Of a DNA stretch of 64,000 bases, positions 41,033 through 48,356 are shown in pieces; position 1 is the first letter of the stretch, and each line of letters starts with the position of its first letter. Position numbers and translations under genes: made by a program. The notes under the pieces were generated by a model that was given only the letters and a program-made list of their open reading frames with translations, had not been told where the DNA came from and did not search any database. Source of the stretch: Actinomycetes bacterium (GTDB taxonomy: Bacteria; Actinomycetota; Acidimicrobiia; Acidimicrobiales; Ilumatobacteraceae); contig JAKOUY010000036.1 of assembly GCA_029782355.1 (NCBI GenBank), positions 2,193 to 66,192 of the forward strand. Reading direction: 5' to 3'.

Positions 41033-41039
41033 GCCGGGC

Positions 41040-43790
41040 ATGACCGAACGGCTGGTGGTGGCGGCACGCGGGCAGGACCCGCGCTCGGCGGCGGTGACCA
41101 GGGCGGCGGCCACGCTCGGGTACCCGCACCTGTCGATCGAGGTGGCCGATCTGGTCTTGACCGACCACCCGGTCGGTCGAGCCCTGGGCGACTTGCTGAT
41201 CGAGCCGCTGCTGCAGGCCGCTGACGACGCACCGGGGTCCACGGGCGTGCACACCGTCGACGTCGTCCCCCGCCACGGCGTCACCGACCCGGCCGCCACC
41301 GAGTTGCACCGAGCCGCCGAGTGGACCGGTGAGGCCGTGCGCGCCACCGTGGGGCGGCGGTACCGGGTCCGCGGCGCTCGCTCGGCGACCGAGCTCGACC
41401 GGGTGGTGCGCCGGCTGCTGGCCAACCCGGTGGTCGAGCGGTGGACGGTCGACGAGCCGATCGACCTCGGCGAGCCGCCCGAGCCCGCCGAGCCGATCGT
41501 CGAGACCGTCGCCGTGGCCGGCCTCGACGACCGGGCCCTCGGTGCGCTAAACGCCGAGCGCGGCCTGTCGCTGGACCTCGACCAACTGCGCGCCATCGCC
41601 CGACACTTCGCCGCCCTCGACCGCCCGCCCACCGACGCCGAGATCGAGATGATCGCCCAGACGTGGAGCGAGCACTGCGCCCACACCACCTTCCGGGCCG
41701 ACATCACCCTGCCCGACGGGACCACCGTCGAGCCGCTGCTCCACCAGCTGCGGTCGAGCACCGAGACGCTCGCCCGCCCGTGGGTCGTCAACGCCTTCGC
41801 CGGCAACGCCGGCATCGTCGCCTTCACCGAGGACCGGACCATCGCCCTCAAGGCCGAGACCCACAACCACCCCAGCGCCGTCGAGCCGTTCGGCGGGGCC
41901 AACACCGGCGTCGGTGGGGTGATCCGCGACGTGATGGGCGCGGCCCACCGCCCGATCGCGATCACCGACGTGCTGTGCTTCGGCTCGCCGGACATGGCGA
42001 GCACCCCCGACGGGGTGCTCCACCCGACCCGGATCATCGACGGGGTCGTGGCTGGCGTGGCCGACTACGGCAACAAGATCGGCCTGCCGACGGTGGCCGG
42101 CGCGGTGCTGTACGACCCGGCCTACACCGCCAACCCACTGGTCTACGCCGGCTGCATCGGGGTCGCCTCGACGCTCGACCCGCCGCTCACCGGGCCGCAC
42201 CCCGGCGATCGGGTGGTGGTGATCGGCGGGCGCACCGGCCGCGACGGCATCCGCGGCGCCACCTTCAGCAGCCGGACCATGGACGGCGCCACCGGCGAGG
42301 TCGCCGGTGCCAGCGTGCAGATCGGGGATCCGATCGTCGAGAAGCTGCTCATCGACGTGCTGGCCGAGTCCACCGGGCTGTTCACGGCGATCACCGACTG
42401 CGGCGCCGGCGGCCTGTCGTCGGCGGTCGGCGAGATGGCCGATCCGCTCGGTGCCGAGGTCGATCTGGCCGGCGCCCCGCTCAAGTACCCCGGGCTGCAG
42501 CCCTGGGAGATCTGGTTGAGCGAGGCCCAGGAGCGAATGGTGCTGGCAGTCGACCCGGCCCGCCTGGCCGAGATGACCACGGTGTGCCGCCGCCACGGCG
42601 TCGAGCTGACCGACCTCGGCCACTTCACCGGGGACGGCCGGCTGGTGGTCCGCCACGGCTCGATGACCGTGGTCGACCTCGACGTCGGCTTCCTCCACGA
42701 CGGCCGCCCGCCGCGCTCGCTCCGAGCCGAACTGCCCGCGCCGCAGCGCGACGTCGACCAGCTGCCGCCGGCCAACCTGGACGTCGCCGCCACCCTGCTG
42801 GCCCTGCTCGCCCATCCGAACATCGCCTGCAAGGCTGACGTCGTGCGCCGCTACGACCACGAGATCCGCGGCGCCACCCTCGGTCGGCCGCTGATCGGTG
42901 TCGAGGGGGACGGCCACGCCGACGGCGTGGTCCTGGCCGAACCCACCGAGCACCACGGCATCGCCGTCGGCATCGGGGTCAATCCGTGGTACGGCATGCT
43001 GGATGCCGAGCGGATGGCCCACGCCGCGGTCGACGAGGCAGTCCGCAACGTGATCGCGGCGGGCGCCGACCCGGACAAGATCGCCCTGCTCGACAACTTC
43101 TCGTGGGGCGACCCGCGCCGGCCCTCGACCCTCGGCCAGTTGGTCGCTGCCGTGCGTGGCTGCGTCGACGCAGCCGCGGCCCACGACGCCCCGTTCGTCA
43201 GCGGCAAGGACAGCCTGAACAACGAGTACCTCGGCCGCGACGGTCAGCGCCACGCCGTGCCGCCCACGCTGGTGATCACCGCCGTCGCCCACGTGCCCGA
43301 CCTGACCCGGCTTCCCGCCGCCGAGCTCCGCCACCCCGGGCACTACCTGGTGCTCATCGGCGCCCCGGAGACCTGGTTCGGCGGCAGCCACCTGCACCTC
43401 GTGCGTGGCACCAGCGGTGGCGTCGTCCCGCCCCCCGACGCCGGCGCCCCGGCCCGCTACCGGGTGGTCCACCACCTGATCGGTGGTGGGCACCTGGGCG
43501 GCCTGCACGACATCAGCGAGGGTGGCGTGGCCGTCGCCGTGGCCGAGATGGCCATCGCCGGCGGTCTCGGTGCCCACCTCGAACCCACCGATCCGGCCAC
43601 GCTGTTCGGCGAGGCCAACGGTCGTTTCGTTGCCGAGGTCGACCCTCACGACCTCGACCTGATCCGCCGGGCACTTCCCGGCCAGGTGACCGTGCTCGGC
43701 GTGGTCAGCGCCGACCCGTCGCTGCGCATCGGCGAGGCGGTGCGGATCGGGCCCGACGACCTGCGCCGAGCCTGGCGCGGCCGCTACTGA
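41040..43790 (+). CDS. purL: Phosphoribosylformylglycinamidine synthase subunit PurL with an N-terminal tandem PurS-like extension
   Basis: In ORF 39696..43790 from ATG 41040, 916 aa. Residues ~75-165 (VDVVPRHGVTDPAATEL..VGRRYRV..ELDRVVRRLLANPVVERWTV) match PurS. Residues 1-70 are a weaker PurS-like repeat. The remainder is canonical small PurL (WSEHCAH, ETHNHPSAVEPFGGANTGVGGVIRD). Confidence 0.9.
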   Translation: MTERLVVAARGQDPRSAAVTRAAATLGYPHLSIEVADLVLTDHPVGRALGDLLIEPLLQAADDAPGSTGVHTVDVVPRHGVTDPAATELHRAAEWTGEAVRATVGRRYRVRGARSATELDRVVRRLLANPVVERWTVDEPIDLGEPPEPAEPIVETVAVAGLDDRALGALNAERGLSLDLDQLRAIARHFAALDRPPTDAEIEMIAQTWSEHCAHTTFRADITLPDGTTVEPLLHQLRSSTETLARPWVVNAFAGNAGIVAFTEDRTIALKAETHNHPSAVEPFGGANTGVGGVIRDVMGAAHRPIAITDVLCFGSPDMASTPDGVLHPTRIIDGVVAGVADYGNKIGLPTVAGAVLYDPAYTANPLVYAGCIGVASTLDPPLTGPHPGDRVVVIGGRTGRDGIRGATFSSRTMDGATGEVAGASVQIGDPIVEKLLIDVLAESTGLFTAITDCGAGGLSSAVGEMADPLGAEVDLAGAPLKYPGLQPWEIWLSEAQERMVLAVDPARLAEMTTVCRRHGVELTDLGHFTGDGRLVVRHGSMTVVDLDVGFLHDGRPPRSLRAELPAPQRDVDQLPPANLDVAATLLALLAHPNIACKADVVRRYDHEIRGATLGRPLIGVEGDGHADGVVLAEPTEHHGIAVGIGVNPWYGMLDAERMAHAAVDEAVRNVIAAGADPDKIALLDNFSWGDPRRPSTLGQLVAAVRGCVDAAAAHDAPFVSGKDSLNNEYLGRDGQRHAVPPTLVITAVAHVPDLTRLPAAELRHPGHYLVLIGAPETWFGGSHLHLVRGTSGGVVPPPDAGAPARYRVVHHLIGGGHLGGLHDISEGGVAVAVAEMAIAGGLGAHLEPTDPATLFGEANGRFVAEVDPHDLDLIRRALPGQVTVLGVVSADPSLRIGEAVRIGPDDLRRAWRGRY

Positions 43791-43903
43791 TCGCTCACCC
43801 CGGGCAACACCCGGCAGAGCTGCCGCAGGCGCTCCACGGGTCCGGACGAGCCATCCCCGCCCCCGTCCCCGGCGGCTACGGTGCCCGGATCGACCCGCCG
43901 CGC

Positions 43904-44605
43904 CTGCTGCACGTCACCGACACCCATCTGCGTGCCGTCCCCGGCCCAACGCCCGAGGGGCTGGACCCCGATCGGCAGCTGGCGGGCCTGCTGGCGCTGG
44001 TCGGCCGGGTCGACGTGGCCGTGCACACCGGCGACATCGCCGACGATGCCTCGCCGGCCGCCACCTTCCGAGCAGCCGCGCTGCTCCGCGGGGTGGCGGA
44101 TGCGGTGCTGGCCGTGCCCGGCAACCACGACGATCCGGCGGTGGTCGCCGTGGCCTTCCCGACCGGAGCGGTCGAGACCGGCGGGTGGCGCGTCGTCGGG
44201 GTCGACAGCAGCGTCGCCGGGGCGGTGGCGGGGCAGGTCGACGCGGCCTGCGTCGCCGCGGATCTCGATCGCCTGGCACGCGCCGGACGCCGCCCGACGG
44301 TGCTGGCGATCCATCACCCGCCGGTGTCGAACAGCACACACCGCTGGTTCCAGCTGGCGGGCGCCAGCGACCTGGTCACCGTGCTCGACGCCCACCCGGA
44401 GGTCCGTGTGGTGCTGGCCGGGCACACCCACGAGCGCCTCGACAGCCCCCTCGGCCGCCACGCCCGCCTGCTCGGTGGGCCGTCCAGCCACTACTCGATC
44501 GAGCACCACGGTGACCGCTGGCAACGCTCGTCGGCCCCGATCGGTGCCCAGCTGATCGAGCTGCACCCGCACGGCGAGGTCGTTTCGGTCACCGTCATCC
44601 CCTGA
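43904..44605 (+). CDS. Metallophosphoesterase (CpdA-like cyclic nucleotide phosphodiesterase family); start codon unresolved
   Basis: Tail of ORF 42986..44605. LLHVTDTHL, HTGDIADD, PGNHD, IHHPP and LAGHTHE are the five calcineurin-like motifs. There is no ATG, GTG or TTG in frame between the purL stop and the first motif; 43904 is a CTG. Confidence 0.65.
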   Translation: MLHVTDTHLRAVPGPTPEGLDPDRQLAGLLALVGRVDVAVHTGDIADDASPAATFRAAALLRGVADAVLAVPGNHDDPAVVAVAFPTGAVETGGWRVVGVDSSVAGAVAGQVDAACVAADLDRLARAGRRPTVLAIHHPPVSNSTHRWFQLAGASDLVTVLDAHPEVRVVLAGHTHERLDSPLGRHARLLGGPSSHYSIEHHGDRWQRSSAPIGAQLIELHPHGEVVSVTVIP

Positions 44606-44689
44606 TCCAACGCGTTGGGAGGGTCGGAGCACGTCACGCGTCGTTCCTCCCACCGCGGGGTGTCGGCGGGGGTGACGGCGGGGCGGGGT

Positions 44690-44704
44690 GGGGTGAACTT
44701 TTCG
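44690..44704 (+). promoter_or_regulatory. GGGGTGAACTTTTCG motif, copy 2 (upstream of purQ)
   Basis: Identical to 40978..40992. It sits 45 nt upstream of a TACGGT -10-like hexamer. Confidence 0.45.
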
Positions 44705-44737
44705 TCCGCTCGGGGGTCGGCGCCGGGCGGCGCTCGT

Positions 44738-44743
44738 TACGGT
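44738..44743 (+). promoter_or_regulatory. -10-like TACGGT hexamer 6 nt upstream of the purQ ATG (predicts a leaderless mRNA)
   Basis: The hexamer plus the following G is the same as upstream of purL (TACGGTG). The ATG at 44750 follows. Confidence 0.35.
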
Positions 44744-44749
44744 GACGTG

Positions 44750-45493
44750 ATGGTGGTGCCGAGGGCGATGATCGTCTCGGCGCCGGGGACCAACCGGGAC
44801 GCCGACGTCGCCCTGGCCCTCCGCCTGGCCGGCGCTGACCCGTTCGTCGCCCTCGTCGCCGAGCTGGAGGCCGATCCCGGCCAGCTCGACCGGGCCGACC
44901 TGCTGGTGCTGGCCGGTGGGTTCAGCTATGCCGACGCCCTCGGTGCCGGCCGGGTGTGGGCCGTCGACCTGCGCCGCCACCTCGGCGATGCGCTCGACCA
45001 CTTCGTCGCCGGCGGGCGGCCGGTGATCGGGATCTGCAACGGCTTCCAGACCCTGGTCCGCAGCGGTCTGCTGCCGGGCGGGGGTCGGCGCGCCGCGCTG
45101 GCCCCCAACGACGGTGGGCACTTCGACTGCCGCTGGGTGTGCCTGGCACCGGCGTCGACCCGCTGCGTGTGGACCGCCGGGCTGGAGGGCCCGATCGACT
45201 GCCCGATCGCCCACGGCGAGGGGCGCTTCGTCTGCGACGACGACACGTTGGCGGCACTGGGCGACGCCGACCAGATCGCCCTCACCTACGCCGGCGCCAA
45301 TCCCAACGGGTCGATGGGAGCCGTCGCCGGCCTGACCGACCCGAGTGGCGTCGTCCTCGGGCTGATGCCCCATCCGGAGAACCACGTGCTGGCCCGCCAG
45401 CATCCCCGTCACCGTGCCGGCCGCCCCGGCGATGTCGGCGGCCTCGGCCTCGACCTGTTCGTCAACGGCGTGCGCCACGCCAAGGAGCTGTGA
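44750..45493 (+). CDS. purQ: Phosphoribosylformylglycinamidine synthase glutaminase subunit PurQ
   Basis: In ORF 44615..45493, ATG 44750 preferred (ATG 44768 is an alternative). APGTNRD, the GFSYAD-type motif, IGICNGFQ (catalytic Cys) and HPE are present. Confidence 0.85.
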   Translation: MVVPRAMIVSAPGTNRDADVALALRLAGADPFVALVAELEADPGQLDRADLLVLAGGFSYADALGAGRVWAVDLRRHLGDALDHFVAGGRPVIGICNGFQTLVRSGLLPGGGRRAALAPNDGGHFDCRWVCLAPASTRCVWTAGLEGPIDCPIAHGEGRFVCDDDTLAALGDADQIALTYAGANPNGSMGAVAGLTDPSGVVLGLMPHPENHVLARQHPRHRAGRPGDVGGLGLDLFVNGVRHAKEL

Positions 45494-45497
45494 CCCC

Positions 45498-46457
45498 GTG
45501 ACCGACCCGTTCGTCGACGTCCACCTCGACCTCCCCGACCGCCGGGCCGGCAAGGTCCGGGTGTCGTACGCCCTGCCCGAGGAGCGGCGCCTGTTCGTCA
45601 CCACCGACCGGCTGTCGGCGTTTGACCGGATCATCGCCGGCGTTCCCTGGAAGGGCCAGGTGCTCAACCAGCTGGCGGCGTGGTGGTTCGACCAGACCGC
45701 CGATCTCGTGGCCAACCACATCAGCGTCCTGCCGGCCAACGTCGTGGCCCAGCCCGACCCGAACGTGACCATCGCCGCCGCGGCGCGCCCGCTGCCGGTC
45801 GAGGTCATCGTCCGCGGTCACATCACCGGGGTCACCAGCACCTCGCTGTGGCGGCGCTACGCCGAGGGGGCGCGGACGATCTACGGCTACACCTTCCCGG
45901 ACGGGCTGCGCAAGAACACCGAGCTGCCGGCTCCGATCATCACCCCGACCACCAAGGCCGAGGCGGGCGAGCACGACGAGGCGCTGACCTGTGCCGACGT
46001 GACCGAGCGCGGCCTGGTCGACCCGGCGGTCTGGGAGGAGGTCCAGGCTGCGGCGCTGGCCGTGTTCGAACGCGGCCGGCAGGTGGCGGCCGCCGCCGGG
46101 CTGATCCTGGCCGACACCAAGTACGAGTTCGGCCTGGCACCCGACGGCACGCCGATGCTGATCGACGAGTTGCACACGCCCGACTCCAGCCGCTTCTGGG
46201 TGGCCGAGAGCTACCCGGGCCGGCTCGCCGCCGACGAGGAACCGGAGAGCCTCGACAAGGAGGTCATCCGCCGGGCCCTGGCCGACGCCGGCTACCGCGG
46301 CGACGGTGCGCCGCCCGCGCTCGACGGCGCGGTCTGGGAGGCCACCGCGGCCCGGTACATCGACGCCTACGAGCGGCTCACCGGTACACCCTTCGAACCC
46401 GGCTCGTACCCGGTGGAGCCACGGCTCACCGCCAACGTCGAGGAGTACCTCCGATGA
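45498..46457 (+). CDS. purC: Phosphoribosylaminoimidazole-succinocarboxamide (SAICAR) synthase
   Basis: In ORF 45414..46457 from GTG 45498. GKVR, TDRLSAFD, LADTKYEFG and DELHTPDSSRFW are present. Confidence 0.9.
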   Translation: MTDPFVDVHLDLPDRRAGKVRVSYALPEERRLFVTTDRLSAFDRIIAGVPWKGQVLNQLAAWWFDQTADLVANHISVLPANVVAQPDPNVTIAAAARPLPVEVIVRGHITGVTSTSLWRRYAEGARTIYGYTFPDGLRKNTELPAPIITPTTKAEAGEHDEALTCADVTERGLVDPAVWEEVQAAALAVFERGRQVAAAAGLILADTKYEFGLAPDGTPMLIDELHTPDSSRFWVAESYPGRLAADEEPESLDKEVIRRALADAGYRGDGAPPALDGAVWEATAARYIDAYERLTGTPFEPGSYPVEPRLTANVEEYLR

Positions 46458-46954
46458 CTGTTCGCACTCCCACGCTGCTGGTCGTGCTGATGGGGTCGCC
46501 GGCCGACCGTGAGCACGCCGCAGCCGTCGTCGCCATGGCCGAACGGCTGGGCCTGACCGTTGAGCAGCGGGTCGGCAGTGCGCACAAGACGCCCCGTCAT
46601 GTGCTCTCGATCATCGAGCAGTACGAGGCCGATCCGCGCCCGACGGTCTGGGTGACCATCGCCGGGCGCTCCAACGCCCTGTCGGCGTTCGTCGATGCCG
46701 CGGTGGGCGCCCCGGTCATCGCCTGCCCCCCGCCCGGTCCGCCCGACGATCTGTGGTCGAGCGTGCGGATGCCGGCCGACGTGGCCCCGATGCTGGTGCT
46801 CGACCCGGCCAATGCGGCGCTGGCTGCGGCCAAGATCCTCGCCCAGCACGATCCCGCCATCGCCGAGCGCCTGGCCCACTACCGCACCGCCACGTTCGGC
46901 CGTGTCGTCGAGGCCGACCGCGCCGGGCGCGCCGGCGGCGAGAAGCGGGACTGA
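46454..46954 (+). CDS. purE: PurE family protein, class II-like (AIR carboxylase type)
   Basis: From ATG 46454 (ATGA overlap with the purC stop), 166 aa. LMGSPADRE, SAHKTP, IAGRSNALSAF, PVIACPP and DLWSSVRMP resemble the AIRc domain of animal PAICS (VAGRSNGLGPV..PVISCPP..DVWSSLRLP, recalled from memory). They do not resemble class I PurE (SAHRTP, GGAAHLPG). Confidence 0.75.
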   Translation: MTVRTPTLLVVLMGSPADREHAAAVVAMAERLGLTVEQRVGSAHKTPRHVLSIIEQYEADPRPTVWVTIAGRSNALSAFVDAAVGAPVIACPPPGPPDDLWSSVRMPADVAPMLVLDPANAALAAAKILAQHDPAIAERLAHYRTATFGRVVEADRAGRAGGEKRD

Positions 46955-46955
46955 C

Positions 46956-48356
46956 GTGTGCGGGGTGCTCGGGCTCTCCACGCCACACGGTGACGGGGTG
47001 GCCAGCATGGCCTTCTTCGGCCTGTACGCCCTGCAGCACCGCGGCCAGGAAGCCGCCGGGATCGCCGTCAGCGACGGGCAGCGGGCCCGGCTGCACAAGG
47101 ACGCCGGGCTGGTGGCCAACGTCTTCAACCCCGACCGCCTGGCGCCGCTCACCGGCTACCACGCCATCGGCCACACCCGCTACAGCACCACCGGTGGCAG
47201 CGGAGCGCGCAACGCCCAGCCGTTCCTGGTCGAGACCATGCACGGCCCGATGGCCCTGGCGCACAACGGCAACCTGGTCAACGCCCCGGCGCTGCGGGCC
47301 GAGCTGCTGTCGCGCGGCTTCGGGCTGACCGCCAGCAGCGACACCGAGGTGATGACGCTGATGCTCACCTCGGCCGGCGGGCGCGACTGGGAGGAACGCC
47401 TCGAGCGCACCCTGCCGGCCTGGAAGGGGGCCTACAGCCTGGTGATCCTGACCCACGACCGGGTCCTCGCCGCCCGTGACCCATGGGGCTTCCGGCCGCT
47501 GTCGATCGGCCGCTTGCCCGATGGCGGCTGGGCGGCGGCGTCGGAGACCTGCGCCCTGCTGACCCTCGGGTGCAGCGACGTGGCCGAGGTCGAGCCGGGC
47601 GAGATCGTCACGCTGCAGGGCAGCGAGCTGCGCCGCCGGCGGCTGTTCGCCAGTGGGCGCCCGGCGCACTGCAGCTTCGAGTTCGTCTACTTCAGCCGGC
47701 CGGACAGCACCTGGGCGGGCAGCAACGTCCACCATGCCCGCCAGCGCCTCGGCGAGCGGTTGGCCGCGGAGAGCCCGGTGGATGCCGACGTCGTCGTGCC
47801 GGTGCCGGACAGCAGCATCCCGGCAGCCATCGGCTACAGCCACGTCAGCGGGGTGCCGTTCAACGACGGGCTGATCAAGAATCGCTACATCGGGCGGACC
47901 TTCATCGAGCCCGCCCAGGCCCAGCGCCAGCGCGGGGTGGCGCTGAAGTTCAACGCCCTTGCGGAGAACCTGGCCGGCAAGCGGGTGGTGATGATCGACG
48001 ATTCGCTGGTCCGCGGCACGACGGCCGGACCGCTGGTCAAGCTGGTTCGCGACGCCGGGGCCACCGAGGTCCACCTGCGGATCACCTGCCCGCCCATCAC
48101 CCACGCCTGCCACTTCGGCGTCGACATGGGCCACGACGGCGACCTGATGGCCGCCCGCCACGACGTCGAGGAGATCCGCCGGCACATCGGCTGCGACTCG
48201 CTGGCGTTCCTCAGCCTGGCGGGCATGCTGGCCGCCATCGCCGGCCCGGAGCCGGCCGGCGGTTCGGGCCTGTGCACCGCCTGCTTCACGGGCGACTACC
48301 CCGTCCCGGTGGAGGAGGCCCCGGTGAAGCTGGCCTTCGAGGGAGCGCTGCGCTGA
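46956..48356 (+). CDS. purF: Amidophosphoribosyltransferase
   Basis: In ORF 46695..48356 from GTG 46956, giving (M)CGVLGL with the N-terminal catalytic Cys. LQHRGQE, GHTRYST, and the PRTase loop VVMIDDSLVRGTT are present. Confidence 0.9.
   Translation: MCGVLGLSTPHGDGVASMAFFGLYALQHRGQEAAGIAVSDGQRARLHKDAGLVANVFNPDRLAPLTGYHAIGHTRYSTTGGSGARNAQPFLVETMHGPMALAHNGNLVNAPALRAELLSRGFGLTASSDTEVMTLMLTSAGGRDWEERLERTLPAWKGAYSLVILTHDRVLAARDPWGFRPLSIGRLPDGGWAAASETCALLTLGCSDVAEVEPGEIVTLQGSELRRRRLFASGRPAHCSFEFVYFSRPDSTWAGSNVHHARQRLGERLAAESPVDADVVVPVPDSSIPAAIGYSHVSGVPFNDGLIKNRYIGRTFIEPAQAQRQRGVALKFNALAENLAGKRVVMIDDSLVRGTTAGPLVKLVRDAGATEVHLRITCPPITHACHFGVDMGHDGDLMAARHDVEEIRRHIGCDSLAFLSLAGMLAAIAGPEPAGGSGLCTACFTGDYPVPVEEAPVKLAFEGALR

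Larger units (their letters stand above)
40626..41039. repeat. 414-bp structured intergenic region: C-tract arm with a 12-bp x3 tandem repeat, two long perfect hairpins plus a third half-site, and an eight-run G-tract array
   Basis: GGTCCGTCCCCY occurs three times in tandem at 40711..40746. Hairpin 1, 40783..40826, has a 12-bp stem around GCGTGCGCA/TGCGCACGC. Hairpin 2, 40835..40876, has a perfect 16-bp stem, AATGCGTGCGCAAACCG-N10-CGGTTTGCGCACGCATT. An extra right arm ACGGTTTGCGCACGC lies at 40901..40915. Eight G4-5 runs separated by single C occupy 40925..40970. Confidence 0.75.

Noticed and set aside
40978-41039. Riboswitch (ZTP/pfl, purine, or PRPP type) upstream of purL or purQ (also 44606..44749).
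   Set aside because: I could not recognise the conserved cores of these riboswitch classes by eye. The -10-like boxes sit only 6-7 nt from the start codons, leaving no 5' UTR for a riboswitch. A covariance-model search would be needed to be sure.
40490-42037. ORFs crossing the 40626..41039 repeat region (40490..42037 -, 40659..41309 -, 40678..40872 -, and the N-terminal part of 39696..43790 +), with GRGRGRG / PPPPPP translations.
   Set aside because: The translations are products of the G-tract/C-tract repeats and palindromes. They show no codon-position structure or domains, so the region is better explained as non-coding structured DNA.
44616-44652. Inverted repeat TGGGAGG-N23-CCTCCCA just after the phosphoesterase stop, as a terminator separating it from purQ.
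   Set aside because: It has only a 7-bp stem with a 23-nt loop and no U-tract. That is too weak to call by eye, although it may contribute to the purQ promoter-region structure.
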